From NCBI GenBank assembly GCA_947600015.1, contig CANQFX010000002.1:1-46816 (forward strand): a stretch of DNA of 46,816 nt, written 5' to 3'. This DNA is from an uncultured Bacilli bacterium (GTDB taxonomy: Bacteria > Bacillota_I > Bacilli_A > RF39 > UBA660). Numbering within the stretch: position 1 is the first letter of the stretch; every line of letters begins with the position of its first letter. Shown in pieces: positions 1 through 9,190 of the stretch. Made by a program: the position numbers and the translations under genes. The notes under the pieces were generated by a model that ran no database searches, was not told the origin of the DNA, and saw nothing but the letters and a program-made list of their open reading frames with translations.

Positions 1-769
1 TTTAGAATAATATCCTTCTGGAACATTTTTATTTTCTTTCATTGTACCTTTAAAAAATTTTATAAAATCTGGATTAGTTTTATTTATTCGATCTAAATAT
101 TCAAGAGCTTTCTTGTCATTTCCTTGTTTATAATAAAGTATAAATAGTGGAAATAGCATTTCTAAGTTTTCCTCAGAATATTTTTTATATAGTTTAAGCA
201 TATCATTTTCTTCTTCTAAAAAAGCATATATCGCCATAAGTAAATATCTAGCACCCGTATTATCATTTTCATTTAATTTAAGAATTTCTTTACAAACATC
301 ACGTGCTTGCTTTATTTTTCCATCTAAAATTAAGTAATCTGCTTTTGCATATAAGCCTCTAATATATGGTCTAGTTTCAAATATTCCATAAAAATGTCCA
401 ATATTATCTTTATCAAAGTATCCTTCATTTTTTAATCTGTCTTTTTCAAAAGCTAATCCCTCTTCTAATAGTTTCCACCTTTTTAAAGGATTATCTTCTA
501 AATGTACCTGAAATAATACTGCATCAAAGCAAGCTGGACATATATCATATGCTTTTTTTTGCATATTTTATAGCTTGTGCTTTAGATCTAGTCCTTTCTG
601 CTTTTTCTAATAGTTCATAAGCATCATCCAATATTGTATTCTCATACTTTACTTCTCCAGCATTGTATTTTTCTATAAATTCTTGTAATTTTTCGTTTAA
701 TTCCTTTTCATCTTTTGCATCAGTATTTGCTAAAAACTCATTAATCATATTATTAAATTTATTATCCAT
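1..769 (-). pseudogene. TPR-like helical-repeat protein split by a 1-nt frameshift; the 3' part runs off the window start
   Basis: ORF 545..769 ends ...AIKYAKKSI-TGA inside an A8 run (T8 on plus, 553..560). My hand translation one frame over continues without stops to position 1 (AKKAYDICPACFDAVLFQVHLEDNPLKRWKLLEEGLAFEKDRL...YLDRINKTNPDFIKFFKG...). The repeated helical L/Y/A pattern looks TPR-like. Confidence 0.55.
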
Positions 770-1646
770 TTACTTCACCTACAAATTCCTTTTCATTTTT
801 CATTTCAATTTCTTTTTCTTCTATGTATTCATAATTTAATGCATTATTATTAGTAACTATGCTTTCCTCAATTTCTTGTTCTAAATCTTTTCTTGCATTA
901 CCTGCAATTTTTCCACCACGTCTTGCTACTTCAATATTTGCATTTAAACCTTTAGGGTTTCTCTTTTTAGCTATTTCTCTGGTTGCTATTTCACCTAAAT
1001 CCGCAAGGGTTACTTCAATATCACTCATATTATCTCTTAAAGATTCTTTTCGAAGTCCTTTAAATGATTTATATTGTTTAGCAGTCATGCCAGACCATTC
1101 TCTATAAATTTCATTCGTTAGAATTGCATATTCTTTTGAGCCAGTAATTCCTCCATCTTTCCATATATCAGTAAGTTGTTTTCTATCTTGAATACCTTTA
1201 ATTCTCTTAGCAATCCATTTTTCATCATAACCTTTTGTTCTATATAAGTCTACCGCTCTTTGTGCTGCGAGTGATGGGTCAAATGTTTCATCAACTCTCT
1301 CACTACCGAGTTTTGCTAACCATTGTTTAATTGGTTCTGCATTTTTACTAGGAATTGATTCAATAATTCTAAACATTCCTTCAATATCAACAACATCAGT
1401 CATACGATATTTACCATCATTAGCCTTAAGTTTCAACTGGTGACAATTTGTCACCGTTTCATTTCCTTCATCTTTAAGACGTTGTTTTAGTTTATTCCAA
1501 TATTTTCTTCCATCTTTACTTTCTGAAATCACACTAACAATATCAACAATACTGATAAAATATTTTTCTTCTTCCTTATCCCAAATAGTTCTAATTGTTT
1601 CGTTGTTAAATATTTTTTTTACTAAGTGCATTTTCTCTTGATTCAT
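762..1646 (-). CDS. Bro-N domain / DinD-like (DNA-damage-inducible protein D family) protein
   Basis: 294-aa ORF. The N-terminus matches the Bro-N pattern (IRTIWDKEEEKYFISIVDIVSVI...RKYWNKLKQRL...MFRIIESIPSKNAEPIKQWL). The C-terminus is DinD-like (RGGKIAGNARKDLEQEI). Its stop overlaps the ATG of the TPR-like gene by 8 nt, suggesting an operon. Confidence 0.55.
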   Translation of the reverse strand: MNQEKMHLVKKIFNNETIRTIWDKEEEKYFISIVDIVSVISESKDGRKYWNKLKQRLKDEGNETVTNCHQLKLKANDGKYRMTDVVDIEGMFRIIESIPSKNAEPIKQWLAKLGSERVDETFDPSLAAQRAVDLYRTKGYDEKWIAKRIKGIQDRKQLTDIWKDGGITGSKEYAILTNEIYREWSGMTAKQYKSFKGLRKESLRDNMSDIEVTLADLGEIATREIAKKRNPKGLNANIEVARRGGKIAGNARKDLEQEIEESIVTNNNALNYEYIEEKEIEMKNEKEFVGEVNG

Positions 1647-1657
1647 TAATTACCTCC

Positions 1658-2302
1658 TTACTGTATAGTATATAAAACGTTTGTTCTTACGTCAACATTT
1701 ACGAAGTAGTTTATTATTTTTGTGTGCACCTTGTCACGGCCACAGGCATAATGATGTGTATTATCTAATTTATTTGATGTATTTTCTAATGTATATGTTC
1801 CTCCATTATAACTCACACTACTTCCATACACTCCTCCACTTAATGTACTTTCCTCTGTAACTCTATAGACCGTCCCATATTTATATCCTACATAAGTGGG
1901 AGAATTATCAGAAGAATTAAATGCTTTGGTCGTTAACTGCGAAGCAGTTCCTGTATTATTACAAGTATTACTACTAGATGGTGTGCCATTAAAGATTAAT
2001 TTTATCCCTCCTATTTCTGTTGTCCTTACAATCTTCCAACAGTAATTCGCAAATATGACATTGTTATTATCGACTTCTCCCCGATAATAATAGATAGGAT
2101 ATTGTTGATTCTCTGTCCCTTTTCTTTCATATACTCCTTTGCCATTGGGTTCAGAAGAATTTTCTTTAAAATTAATTCCTGTATCCCCTGTAATTTTAAC
2201 ACTAGCATTTAAAGCACTATAAGCAATACTACTAGATAAAATACATACTGTAATCATTACGTATATCCATAAATTTAAATGGCTCTTCTTTTCTTTTTTC
2301 AT
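1658..2302 (-). CDS. Secreted or membrane-anchored protein of unknown function
   Basis: 214-aa ORF with an N-terminal basic stretch plus hydrophobic helix (MKKEKKSHLNLWIYVMITVCILSSSIAYSA). The body is Asn/Ser/Thr/Gly/Tyr-rich (YYYRGEVDNNNVIFANYCWKIVR). A GGAGG RBS lies upstream. I recognise no enzyme motif. Confidence 0.6.
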   Translation of the reverse strand: MKKEKKSHLNLWIYVMITVCILSSSIAYSALNASVKITGDTGINFKENSSEPNGKGVYERKGTENQQYPIYYYRGEVDNNNVIFANYCWKIVRTTEIGGIKLIFNGTPSSSNTCNNTGTASQLTTKAFNSSDNSPTYVGYKYGTVYRVTEESTLSGGVYGSSVSYNGGTYTLENTSNKLDNTHHYACGRDKVHTKIINYFVNVDVRTNVLYTIQ

Positions 2303-2340
2303 TTCTCTTTTTTCCTCCGCTTTTATTTTCTTCTATTCAA

Positions 2341-2371
2341 ATTATACCCCCCCCCCCTACAATTTTGCCAA
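2341..2371 (-). promoter_or_regulatory. Sigma-A-type promoter TTGGCA-N19-TATAAT for the 1658..2302 gene, with G11 in the spacer
   Basis: The minus strand reads TTGGCAAAATTGTAGGGGGGGGGGGTATAAT. The -35 is at 2366..2371 (5/6 to consensus) and the -10 at 2341..2346 (6/6). The spacer is 19 nt, 11 of them G. Confidence 0.55.
2347..2357. repeat. C11 (G11 on the minus strand) homopolymer
   Basis: Counted directly: attata + 11 C + tacaa. This is the only long G/C homopolymer I saw in this AT-rich window. Confidence 0.95.
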
Positions 2372-2399
2372 ATAAAAATGAGATACTCCTTAGTATCCC
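2370..2399 (-). terminator. Weak rho-independent terminator downstream of rluB
   Basis: The minus strand reads GGGATACTAAGGAGTATCTC followed by ATTTTTATTT. The stem is GATACT/AGTATC. Confidence 0.4.
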
Positions 2400-2476
2400 A
2401 AACGTAAAACGTGGAAATAATTGTTTCATTTTGTTCAATAGAAAGTATCTCTATAGTTAGCGAATAAAAATAGTTC

Positions 2477-3199
2477 TTACTTTTTGCTATTGACAAGTGC
2501 ATATACTTTAGCTACTTCTTTTGGTGTTAACATACGGAATTCACCAGAAGATAAATTCTTTAAATCAAAAAAAGCAACTTTTTCTCTTCTTAATTTTAAT
2601 ACTTCATAGCCGACTGCTTCAAACATTCTTTTTACTTGATGATTTTTGCCTTCATGAATGGTAATTTGTACTATCGAACTATTACTTTTCAAATCTATTT
2701 TTTTTCTTTTTACTCGCGATGCTTTTACTAAAACATCATCAAGGAAAACACCATTTTTTAATTTATTTATTTCTTCTCCATTGATTATCCCTTTTATTTT
2801 TGCTGTATATACTTTTTCTATTTCATGACTAGGATGCATTAAAATATTAGCAAACTCTCCATCATTCGTCAGTAATAGTACTCCTGTAGTATCATAGTCT
2901 AATCTCCCTACTGGATAAATTTTGGTTTTTGTTGGAATCAGATCTACTACTGTTTTCCTATTTTTCTCATCTTTAGTAGAACTAATCGTTCCTCTTGGTT
3001 TATATAGAAGATAGTATTCTTTTATGCTTTTTTCTAGTCCTTTCCCATTTACTTCAATTTCATCTTTTTTGGATACTTGTGTTCCTCGTTTTGTAACTAC
3101 TTCACCATTTACTTTTACTTTTCCTTGTTCAATTAACTTTTCTGCTTCTCTTCTAGAAGCAATTCCTGCATTCGCAATGACTTTTTGAAGTCGTTCCAT
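2477..3199 (-). CDS. rluB: RsuA/RluB-family rRNA pseudouridine synthase
   Basis: It has an N-terminal S4 domain (RLQKVIANAGIASRREAEKLIEQGKVKVNG) and the catalytic motif GRLDYDTTGVLLLTNDGE. Confidence 0.85.
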   Translation of the reverse strand: MERLQKVIANAGIASRREAEKLIEQGKVKVNGEVVTKRGTQVSKKDEIEVNGKGLEKSIKEYYLLYKPRGTISSTKDEKNRKTVVDLIPTKTKIYPVGRLDYDTTGVLLLTNDGEFANILMHPSHEIEKVYTAKIKGIINGEEINKLKNGVFLDDVLVKASRVKRKKIDLKSNSSIVQITIHEGKNHQVKRMFEAVGYEVLKLRREKVAFFDLKNLSSGEFRMLTPKEVAKVYALVNSKK

Positions 3200-3222
3200 A
3201 ATATATTCCCCTTTTCTTATTC

Positions 3223-3978
3223 TTATAAGTGATCAATAATACAACTTGGTTTTGTTTTGGAATTGGTTCTAAATACTTTGATTAATTCATGTCCAGGATT
3301 TCCTTTTTGATAAACTCCAGTATTATTTTTTTCATTAATTAAATAAGCAATCCCCTCTTGATAGCCATTTTGAGAAGATAAAAAATCAGATGCTAATAAA
3401 TTAAGAAGATAAATATCAAAATCTCGATCTATCTTTTTATGAGTTTTTAAATATTCTTGAGCATACAAATTTAGTTTATCAATAGGATAATTCTTATATG
3501 CTACATTATCTAAATCATAGTAAAATGTTTGATTTGTTTCTGCATTATAACCAATATTATTCATATTAATATCGCCATAAATAATATCGTTCGCATGAAA
3601 ATCTAGTAATATTTTTCTACATTGTTTTAAAATCTCTACTCTAAGTGAAAAAGGAACATTTCTTAACTCTTCTAATGTTTTCCCTTGACAAGAAGAGGTA
3701 ATATATCCAACAAACTGATGTTCATAACTCAAGATATTCATAATACGAATTGGATTCTCTAGTTCTTGCTGAGAAAGACAAAGAATTTTTTGAAGTTTAT
3801 TTTCCCGAATTTTTTTGGCTTTGTTAGCGTCTTCCTCTGGATAAGATTTCAATAACTTTACTATTCTCTGTTTGGGTATCGGTATAATTACTCCTTCTTT
3901 TCCTTCTTTGGTATAGTTCTTTTTTAGATATTTGTACTGTTCCTTTGTTAATTCAATATTTTTTACTTGTTGATACAT
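3223..3978 (-). CDS. Small protein-kinase-like fold protein (RIO/Kdo-like)
   Basis: 251 aa. It has a catalytic-loop-like segment HANDIIYGDINMNNIGYN (HxD..N pattern), a DFG-like YYDLDNV, and a VAIK-like IVKLLK upstream. Confidence 0.45.
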   Translation of the reverse strand: MYQQVKNIELTKEQYKYLKKNYTKEGKEGVIIPIPKQRIVKLLKSYPEEDANKAKKIRENKLQKILCLSQQELENPIRIMNILSYEHQFVGYITSSCQGKTLEELRNVPFSLRVEILKQCRKILLDFHANDIIYGDINMNNIGYNAETNQTFYYDLDNVAYKNYPIDKLNLYAQEYLKTHKKIDRDFDIYLLNLLASDFLSSQNGYQEGIAYLINEKNNTGVYQKGNPGHELIKVFRTNSKTKPSCIIDHL

Positions 3979-4000
3979 GTTATCACCTCGCTAAGTAGGT

Positions 4001-4028
4001 ATTATAACATAAAAACCATTACTTGCAA
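4001..4028 (-). promoter_or_regulatory. Putative promoter TTGCAA-N16-TGtTATAAT for the kinase-like gene
   Basis: The minus strand reads TTGCAAGTAATGGTTTTTATGTTATAAT. The -35 is at 4023..4028 and the extended -10 at 4001..4006. It lies in the 53-nt gap after the HerA-like stop. Confidence 0.45.
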
Positions 4029-4031
4029 ATA

Positions 4032-5975
4032 CTAATCTAAAGAAAGTTCTTGTGATGATGTTGATTGCTGATTGGTAGGAATCGTTGTCCTTGCTGTTTG
4101 AAAAAATTGAGAAGGCGTCGCTTGTGTTTGTTGATCTACTGCTAAGGGGCTTTCTTCCGGAATGGCATAAGTTTGTGACACAATCGTGGTCGGTGCACTA
4201 GGTTGATACCACACTACTTCTAAGTCTACATTATTACTCAATGGTCTTGGATTTGGCAATTCAATATACATTGAAATTGGTACTTTAAAAGCACTACCAA
4301 AGGCAATACAGTTTCCTGGTTTTAAATTTTTTAATTGTGCTACAATCTCTGTTGAAATATTTGGCACCATTTCTTTAATATATGTTAAATCTTTTGGATG
4401 CAATGTTCTTAAAATAATAAAGTTAGAACATTGAGAAATGCAAGTATCGGAAAGTTCACTAGGTCTTTGGGTAATTAGTCCTAAAAATACTCCATATTTT
4501 CTTCCCTCTTTTGTAATTCGTTCAAAAATATTATATCCTAATATTTCCATATCTAAATCATGCCGAACATAGCGGTGTGCTTCTTCTATGATAATATGGA
4601 ATGCTCTACTTCCTCTTGGATTCATTTCACTTGCCTTTAAAAATAGCATTCTAGATAAAATTTTTGTAATTACTTTTGCTAGACGATCATCAATATAATT
4701 GATATTAAAATTAACGATTTGACATTTTTTCCCTGTTCTTCTATCTACTAATAATTCCTCAATATATTGGTCTTTTGTAACATATCTAGGATAGGAAAAA
4801 TATTTACTATTTTCTCCATTTACTAAAGTATGAAGACGAACATTTAATACATTTGCATAATCAAATACTTTTTCGCTTTTTAAAATTCCTTCACTGATTA
4901 AGGCAAACTCCATCGCCAATTCTAAATCAGATAGTGTATAATAGGGATTTAATTCTTCTTCTTTTACTTCTTCCTGTTCTTCTACAATATATCCCCGAAT
5001 AAATTCAACGACTAATTCCATTTCTTGCATTTTTCCAGTTTTATCTACAAATAAACATTGTTTTAAAGTACGAACATATCCTGGTTGCGCAATCGTACTT
5101 TCTAAATTAAGTTCTGGTGTATTAAACTTTGTAAGTACTGCCACTACCTGATCTCTAATCTTAGTAGAATCATTTCCACTTAATAATATATCTTGTAGTG
5201 CTCTTGCGATAATATCATTTTTTCTGCGAATTACCATTTCTGTTTTTCCTGTTAAAATAGGTACCAATTTCAAAGTCTTCTCAATGATAGGAAGTTGGGT
5301 TGGTGTTGTTACATCTAAAAGTAATGCTAAATCATCTACATCTAATAACCAAACAGGAATTTGTAATATATCTGTATTAGGATTTAAGGTATTTGTTGTG
5401 TAAGTTTTATAATGAATTGCACTATTTACCTCGTGTAATTTTTCAAAAGCATTCGTATATTCTCCATAAGCATCAAAGAAAAACATATTGGCATTGGTAG
5501 GAGAAATTGTATCTCCTAAAAATAATTTTTGTAAAATAGAAGCAATGGTACAACTTTTCCCAGCACCACTATTTCCTAAAACAGCAAAATGATTGCTGAA
5601 AAAATCATTAATCGAAACATTAATAGGATAACCATGATAAACATTGCTATAACCAAAATTTGTATATCCCTTTATTATTGTTTGTTTTCCAAGAATCATT
5701 TCTAATTCTTCCACTTTAATCATTCGAACATTAGACTTAAAAGAAGGTTTTGTGCTAGATCCAGGGAAAAAAGTATTGTCTTTCAATTCTCCTACAATAT
5801 TGATTTTCATCGTTGTTTGAGTAACACTTACAATTTCACCTACAATTTTGGTTTTTCCATCTTCAAATACTACATGAAGTTGCACTAAATTGGCTTGTTT
5901 GTTAATATCAATATTTAATTGGACTATTACATTATTGTCAATAATTTCTAACATGTTCCCTATCACACTAAACAC
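4032..5975 (-). CDS. HerA/FtsK-superfamily ATPase (DUF87-type, HerA-like)
   Basis: 647 aa with a GTG start. The N-terminus looks like a small beta-barrel (HAS-like). Walker A is GNSGAGKSCT, Walker B is FHIIIEEAHRY, and there is a GLITQRPSELS motif. The last ~60 residues are a Q/T/S/P-rich tail. Confidence 0.7.
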   Translation of the reverse strand: MFSVIGNMLEIIDNNVIVQLNIDINKQANLVQLHVVFEDGKTKIVGEIVSVTQTTMKINIVGELKDNTFFPGSSTKPSFKSNVRMIKVEELEMILGKQTIIKGYTNFGYSNVYHGYPINVSINDFFSNHFAVLGNSGAGKSCTIASILQKLFLGDTISPTNANMFFFDAYGEYTNAFEKLHEVNSAIHYKTYTTNTLNPNTDILQIPVWLLDVDDLALLLDVTTPTQLPIIEKTLKLVPILTGKTEMVIRRKNDIIARALQDILLSGNDSTKIRDQVVAVLTKFNTPELNLESTIAQPGYVRTLKQCLFVDKTGKMQEMELVVEFIRGYIVEEQEEVKEEELNPYYTLSDLELAMEFALISEGILKSEKVFDYANVLNVRLHTLVNGENSKYFSYPRYVTKDQYIEELLVDRRTGKKCQIVNFNINYIDDRLAKVITKILSRMLFLKASEMNPRGSRAFHIIIEEAHRYVRHDLDMEILGYNIFERITKEGRKYGVFLGLITQRPSELSDTCISQCSNFIILRTLHPKDLTYIKEMVPNISTEIVAQLKNLKPGNCIAFGSAFKVPISMYIELPNPRPLSNNVDLEVVWYQPSAPTTIVSQTYAIPEESPLAVDQQTQATPSQFFQTARTTIPTNQQSTSSQELSLD

Positions 5976-6055
5976 CTTCTATTCTATTCAAGTATATCAA
6001 AAACTAGGAGAAAAAAAAAGATGAAATCTTCAGTTTCTATTAAAAAGAAAAAATC

Positions 6056-6493
6056 CTATTCAGGATCTAATTCTAAAACTTCAATTTCTTCTGCCACGGC
6101 CATTTGTTGTTCTAAAATTAATTTTAATTTTCTTTTAAAAATTTTCATATTCTTTTCTAATGTTTCTCTATTTTGTTCAATCTTTTCCGCTTTTAATAAT
6201 GCTTCATTGACAATTCTACTCGCATTGTGTTTTGCATCGGTGACAATCATTTCACCCTCTTCTCGAGCGACTCTTTTGATATTGTCACCTGTTTCTTCTG
6301 CTTTTATAATCGCCATTTTCAAAGTTTCTTCTAAACTCTTATAATGTTCTATCTCTGCTTTTAATTTTTCAATCTCCGCATTCTGTCGTTTACATTTTGT
6401 AATAATTCCCTCTGTTTGATCAATGACTTCTTGAACAAAACGATTCACTTCAACACGATTATATCCATTAGCCTCATAACTAAATTTTTCCAT
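6056..6493 (-). CDS. divIVA: DivIVA-domain cell-division protein
   Basis: The N-terminal DivIVA motif (F.YEANGYNRVEVNRFVQEVIDQ) is followed by a coiled coil. It lies next to sepF. Confidence 0.8.
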   Translation of the reverse strand: MEKFSYEANGYNRVEVNRFVQEVIDQTEGIITKCKRQNAEIEKLKAEIEHYKSLEETLKMAIIKAEETGDNIKRVAREEGEMIVTDAKHNASRIVNEALLKAEKIEQNRETLEKNMKIFKRKLKLILEQQMAVAEEIEVLELDPE

Positions 6494-6522
6494 ATAATCA
6501 CCTCAGAAACTACACTTAAACT

Positions 6523-6969
6523 TTAAAAGAAATCATCCTCATCTGTCTCTTTTTCTTTTGTATTCTTACTACGGCTAGATTTACTAGGAGTTGCATTATC
6601 ATCACTAATTTTTCCTTCTACATTAACATTATTTGGTGTACAAAGGAAAATTCCTCCTCCTAATTTTTGTAAATCTCCATTAATTGCATAAATTGTTCCA
6701 TATAAGAAATCAACAATTCTCTTTGCTTGATCTGGTGTTACTCTTTTTAAATTAACTACTACCGTACTACGATTTTTCAAATAATCAGCAATTTGCTGAC
6801 TTTCTGAATAAGCACGAGGTTCTAATAACATCATTTTACTTCCTGCTAAACCATTTTCTGCATGATATTCACTTCTTGAAGTAGTATAAAATTCTTCTTC
6901 TATTGCTGTATCTTCATTATCATTATCGTCTCCACCTACTAATAGATTTTTTAATTTATCCAAAGCCAT
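6523..6969 (-). CDS. sepF: Cell division protein SepF
   Basis: It reads [10 protein letters not shown]...[62 protein letters not shown] prefer the ATG at 6969, which follows GGAGGA, over the tracked start at 7068. Confidence 0.85.
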   Translation of the reverse strand: MALDKLKNLLVGGDDNDNEDTAIEEEFYTTSRSEYHAENGLAGSKMMLLEPRAYSESQQIADYLKNRSTVVVNLKRVTPDQAKRIVDFLYGTIYAINGDLQKLGGGIFLCTPNNVNVEGKISDDNATPSKSSRSKNTKEKETDEDDFF

Positions 6970-7057
6970 AATTATATCCTCCGTTTCTGCATATCTTCCT
7001 AATATATATAATAATATCATAAAACTTAGAAAAGGAAAAGTGTTTTTTACTTTAAAA

Positions 7058-7089
7058 TAAAAAAACAAATAAGTTATCTACCTATTTGT
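7058..7089 (-). terminator. Rho-independent terminator after the lipoprotein gene
   Basis: The minus strand has the stem ACAAATA/TATTTGT followed by a T run. Confidence 0.45.
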
Positions 7090-7097
7090 CCTCCTAT

Positions 7098-7745
7098 TTA
7101 GTCTTCATAAAGACCATGTAATTTTTGTCTATCCATATCGCTAATATCTTCTATTTTCCATTTACCATTTTCTTTTGTAAGATTAAAAGTAATTTCGTAT
7201 TTTACCTTATCTGTGACATCTTTTAACTGTTTAATTTTATAATCAATGTACTTAGAATCTTCTGGTTCTGTTGTAGTATCTTTCTTCGTATCATCTTTAT
7301 CTTCTTCATTTGAATCTTCTGCATCATCTGCATCATTATCATTTTTTACATCATCATCTGTATCAATGGTTGCTTCTGCACCTTCTTTAAATTCATCTTT
7401 ATTTTCTTCATAATATTTTCTAGATTCTGCAACGGAAGTAGCGTAATCAAACACTTCAATTTCCACATCTACTGTTGCATTATCTCCATCAATTTCTTCA
7501 TTGGTAATCTTATAAGATAAATTTTGATATTGTTTTTCCATCAAAGCACGATATTCTTTTTTTTGTTCATCACTCATGGTTGTATCTGAAGAAATAACAC
7601 TATCTAGTTGCGCTAATACTTCGCTGTCCATAGACTGATATTTTCCTAAAAATTCTTCTACTCGTTCGGTTGGTGTATTCATCATATTGCTACAACCGGT
7701 AAATAAAAGTAAGGAAAGAGACAAAATACACAATAATTTTTTCAT
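7098..7745 (-). CDS. Acidic lipoprotein of unknown function
   Basis: The signal peptide carries a lipobox (MKKLLCILSLSLLLFTGC), and a GGGAGG RBS precedes the ATG at 7745. There is a D/E-rich low-complexity stretch. Confidence 0.65.
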   Translation of the reverse strand: MKKLLCILSLSLLLFTGCSNMMNTPTERVEEFLGKYQSMDSEVLAQLDSVISSDTTMSDEQKKEYRALMEKQYQNLSYKITNEEIDGDNATVDVEIEVFDYATSVAESRKYYEENKDEFKEGAEATIDTDDDVKNDNDADDAEDSNEEDKDDTKKDTTTEPEDSKYIDYKIKQLKDVTDKVKYEITFNLTKENGKWKIEDISDMDRQKLHGLYED

Positions 7746-7798
7746 AATTTTTCCTCCCACTTATAGCATGAGAAGAAAAAATTTTTTTATACATTTTT

Positions 7799-9181
7799 TT
7801 AAAATTCGCAATTTCCTGGAGTTCTAGGATATGGAATTACATCGCGAATATTTTCTACTCCTGTTAAATACATAATTAACCGTTCAAATCCCATGCCAAA
7901 GCCAGAATGAATACAGCCACCATATTTGCGAAGATTTAAATACCAATTTAATTCTTCTGTTCCTACATTCATCTCTTTCATTCTGTTGATAAGCATATCA
8001 TAACGTTCTTCTCTTTGTGAACCACCCATTAATTCTCCAGAACCAGGAACTAATAAGTCGACTGCGGCAACCGTTTTTTTATCATCATTTAAACGCATAT
8101 AAAAGGCTTTAATGTCCTTTGGCCAGTCATAAACAAAAACGGGAGAATGGAATTTTTCTTCTGTTAAATATTTTTCATGTTCCCTTGCTAAATCTTCTCC
8201 ATATTCTGGTTTAAATTCAAAATCTTTTCCTGATTCTTTTAACAGTGTAATTGCTTCTTGATGTGTAATTCGTACTGCTTTACTAGAAAGTAATTGATGT
8301 AGTTTTTCTATTAAACCAGATTCTACAAATTGATTTAGAAATTCTAGTTCTTTTTCACAATTTTTTAATACATAATCTACTACATAACGAAGCATTTCTT
8401 CCATAATATCCATATCCTGATTTAAATCACAAAAAGCAATTTCAGGTTCAATCATCCAAAATTCCGAAGCATGGGTTTTCGTATTTGAGTTTTCTGCGCG
8501 AAAAGTTGGACCAAAAGTATATGTCTTCTTATATGCTAAAGCAAACGTTTCTGCTTGTAATTGGCCTGATACTGTAAGAGAGGATTCTTTTCCAAAAAAG
8601 TCTTTACTATAGTCAATCTGTCCTTCTTCATCTTTGGGAATATTTTTAAAATCAAAAGTGGAAACGTGAAACATTTCCCCGGCTCCTTCACAATCACTTG
8701 CTGTAATTAATGGAGCATGAAAATACACATAGTCTCTTTCTTGAAAATACTTGTGAATGGCAAATGCTGCTTTACTACGAACACGGAAAACTGCTTGAAA
8801 TAGATTTGTTCTTGGTCTTAAATAAGCTTGTTCTCTTAAAAACTCCCTACTGTGCTTTTTTGGTTGAATCGGATAATCCTCTGGACAATCTCCTAATAAA
8901 TCAATTTTTTTGGCTTGAATTTCAAAAGATTGACCTTCTTTTGGAGATTCTACGACCAATCCACAAACAGAAATGGCACTCCCAATTCGATATTTTGTTA
9001 TTTCATCAAATTGTTCTAATTGATTATCATAAACAATTTGGATTGGTGTAAAATAAGTTCCATCAGAAAATGAAATAAAACCAAATTCTTTTTGTTTGCG
9101 ATGATTTTTTATCCAACCTTCTAGTGATACTTCCGTTCCTATATATTTTTCTACATTTTCATATAATTCTTTATCTGTCAT
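7799..9181 (-). CDS. asnS: Asparagine--tRNA ligase
   Basis: 460 aa with class IIb aaRS motifs (FRAENSNT, GSGELMGGSQRE, GFGMGFERLIMY) and the C-terminal PYPRTPGNCEF. Confidence 0.92.
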   Translation of the reverse strand: MTDKELYENVEKYIGTEVSLEGWIKNHRKQKEFGFISFSDGTYFTPIQIVYDNQLEQFDEITKYRIGSAISVCGLVVESPKEGQSFEIQAKKIDLLGDCPEDYPIQPKKHSREFLREQAYLRPRTNLFQAVFRVRSKAAFAIHKYFQERDYVYFHAPLITASDCEGAGEMFHVSTFDFKNIPKDEEGQIDYSKDFFGKESSLTVSGQLQAETFALAYKKTYTFGPTFRAENSNTKTHASEFWMIEPEIAFCDLNQDMDIMEEMLRYVVDYVLKNCEKELEFLNQFVESGLIEKLHQLLSSKAVRITHQEAITLLKESGKDFEFKPEYGEDLAREHEKYLTEEKFHSPVFVYDWPKDIKAFYMRLNDDKKTVAAVDLLVPGSGELMGGSQREERYDMLINRMKEMNVGTEELNWYLNLRKYGGCIHSGFGMGFERLIMYLTGVENIRDVIPYPRTPGNCEF

Positions 9182-9190
9182 GCTAACCTC

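Larger units (their letters stand above)
2192..2400. repeat. Copy A of a ~200-bp terminator-promoter-5'CDS cassette; copy B is at 31404..31595
   Basis: It aligns by eye with 31404..31595 in the same orientation. The longest identical run is ctataagcaatactactagataa (23 nt). The hairpin, the promoter core (aaaattgta...taattt) and the signal-peptide codons are all shared. Confidence 0.8.

Noticed and set aside
859-1107. Other embedded or antisense ORFs in the track: 859..1107, 2026..2208, 6021..6344, 8710..9051, 11388..11603, 11627..11818, 11804..12007, 21773..22000, 24231..24416, 24992..25174, 26383..26601, 33006..33203
   Set aside because: Each lies wholly within, or antisense to, a longer ORF with clear family motifs. 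None has a convincing RBS or any recognisable motif.
5976-6055. A terminator between divIVA and the HerA-like gene
   Set aside because: Only imperfect short pairings (GAAAC.../GATTTC) occur next to a T run. This is not convincing enough to call, so co-transcription of divIVA and the ATPase gene remains possible.
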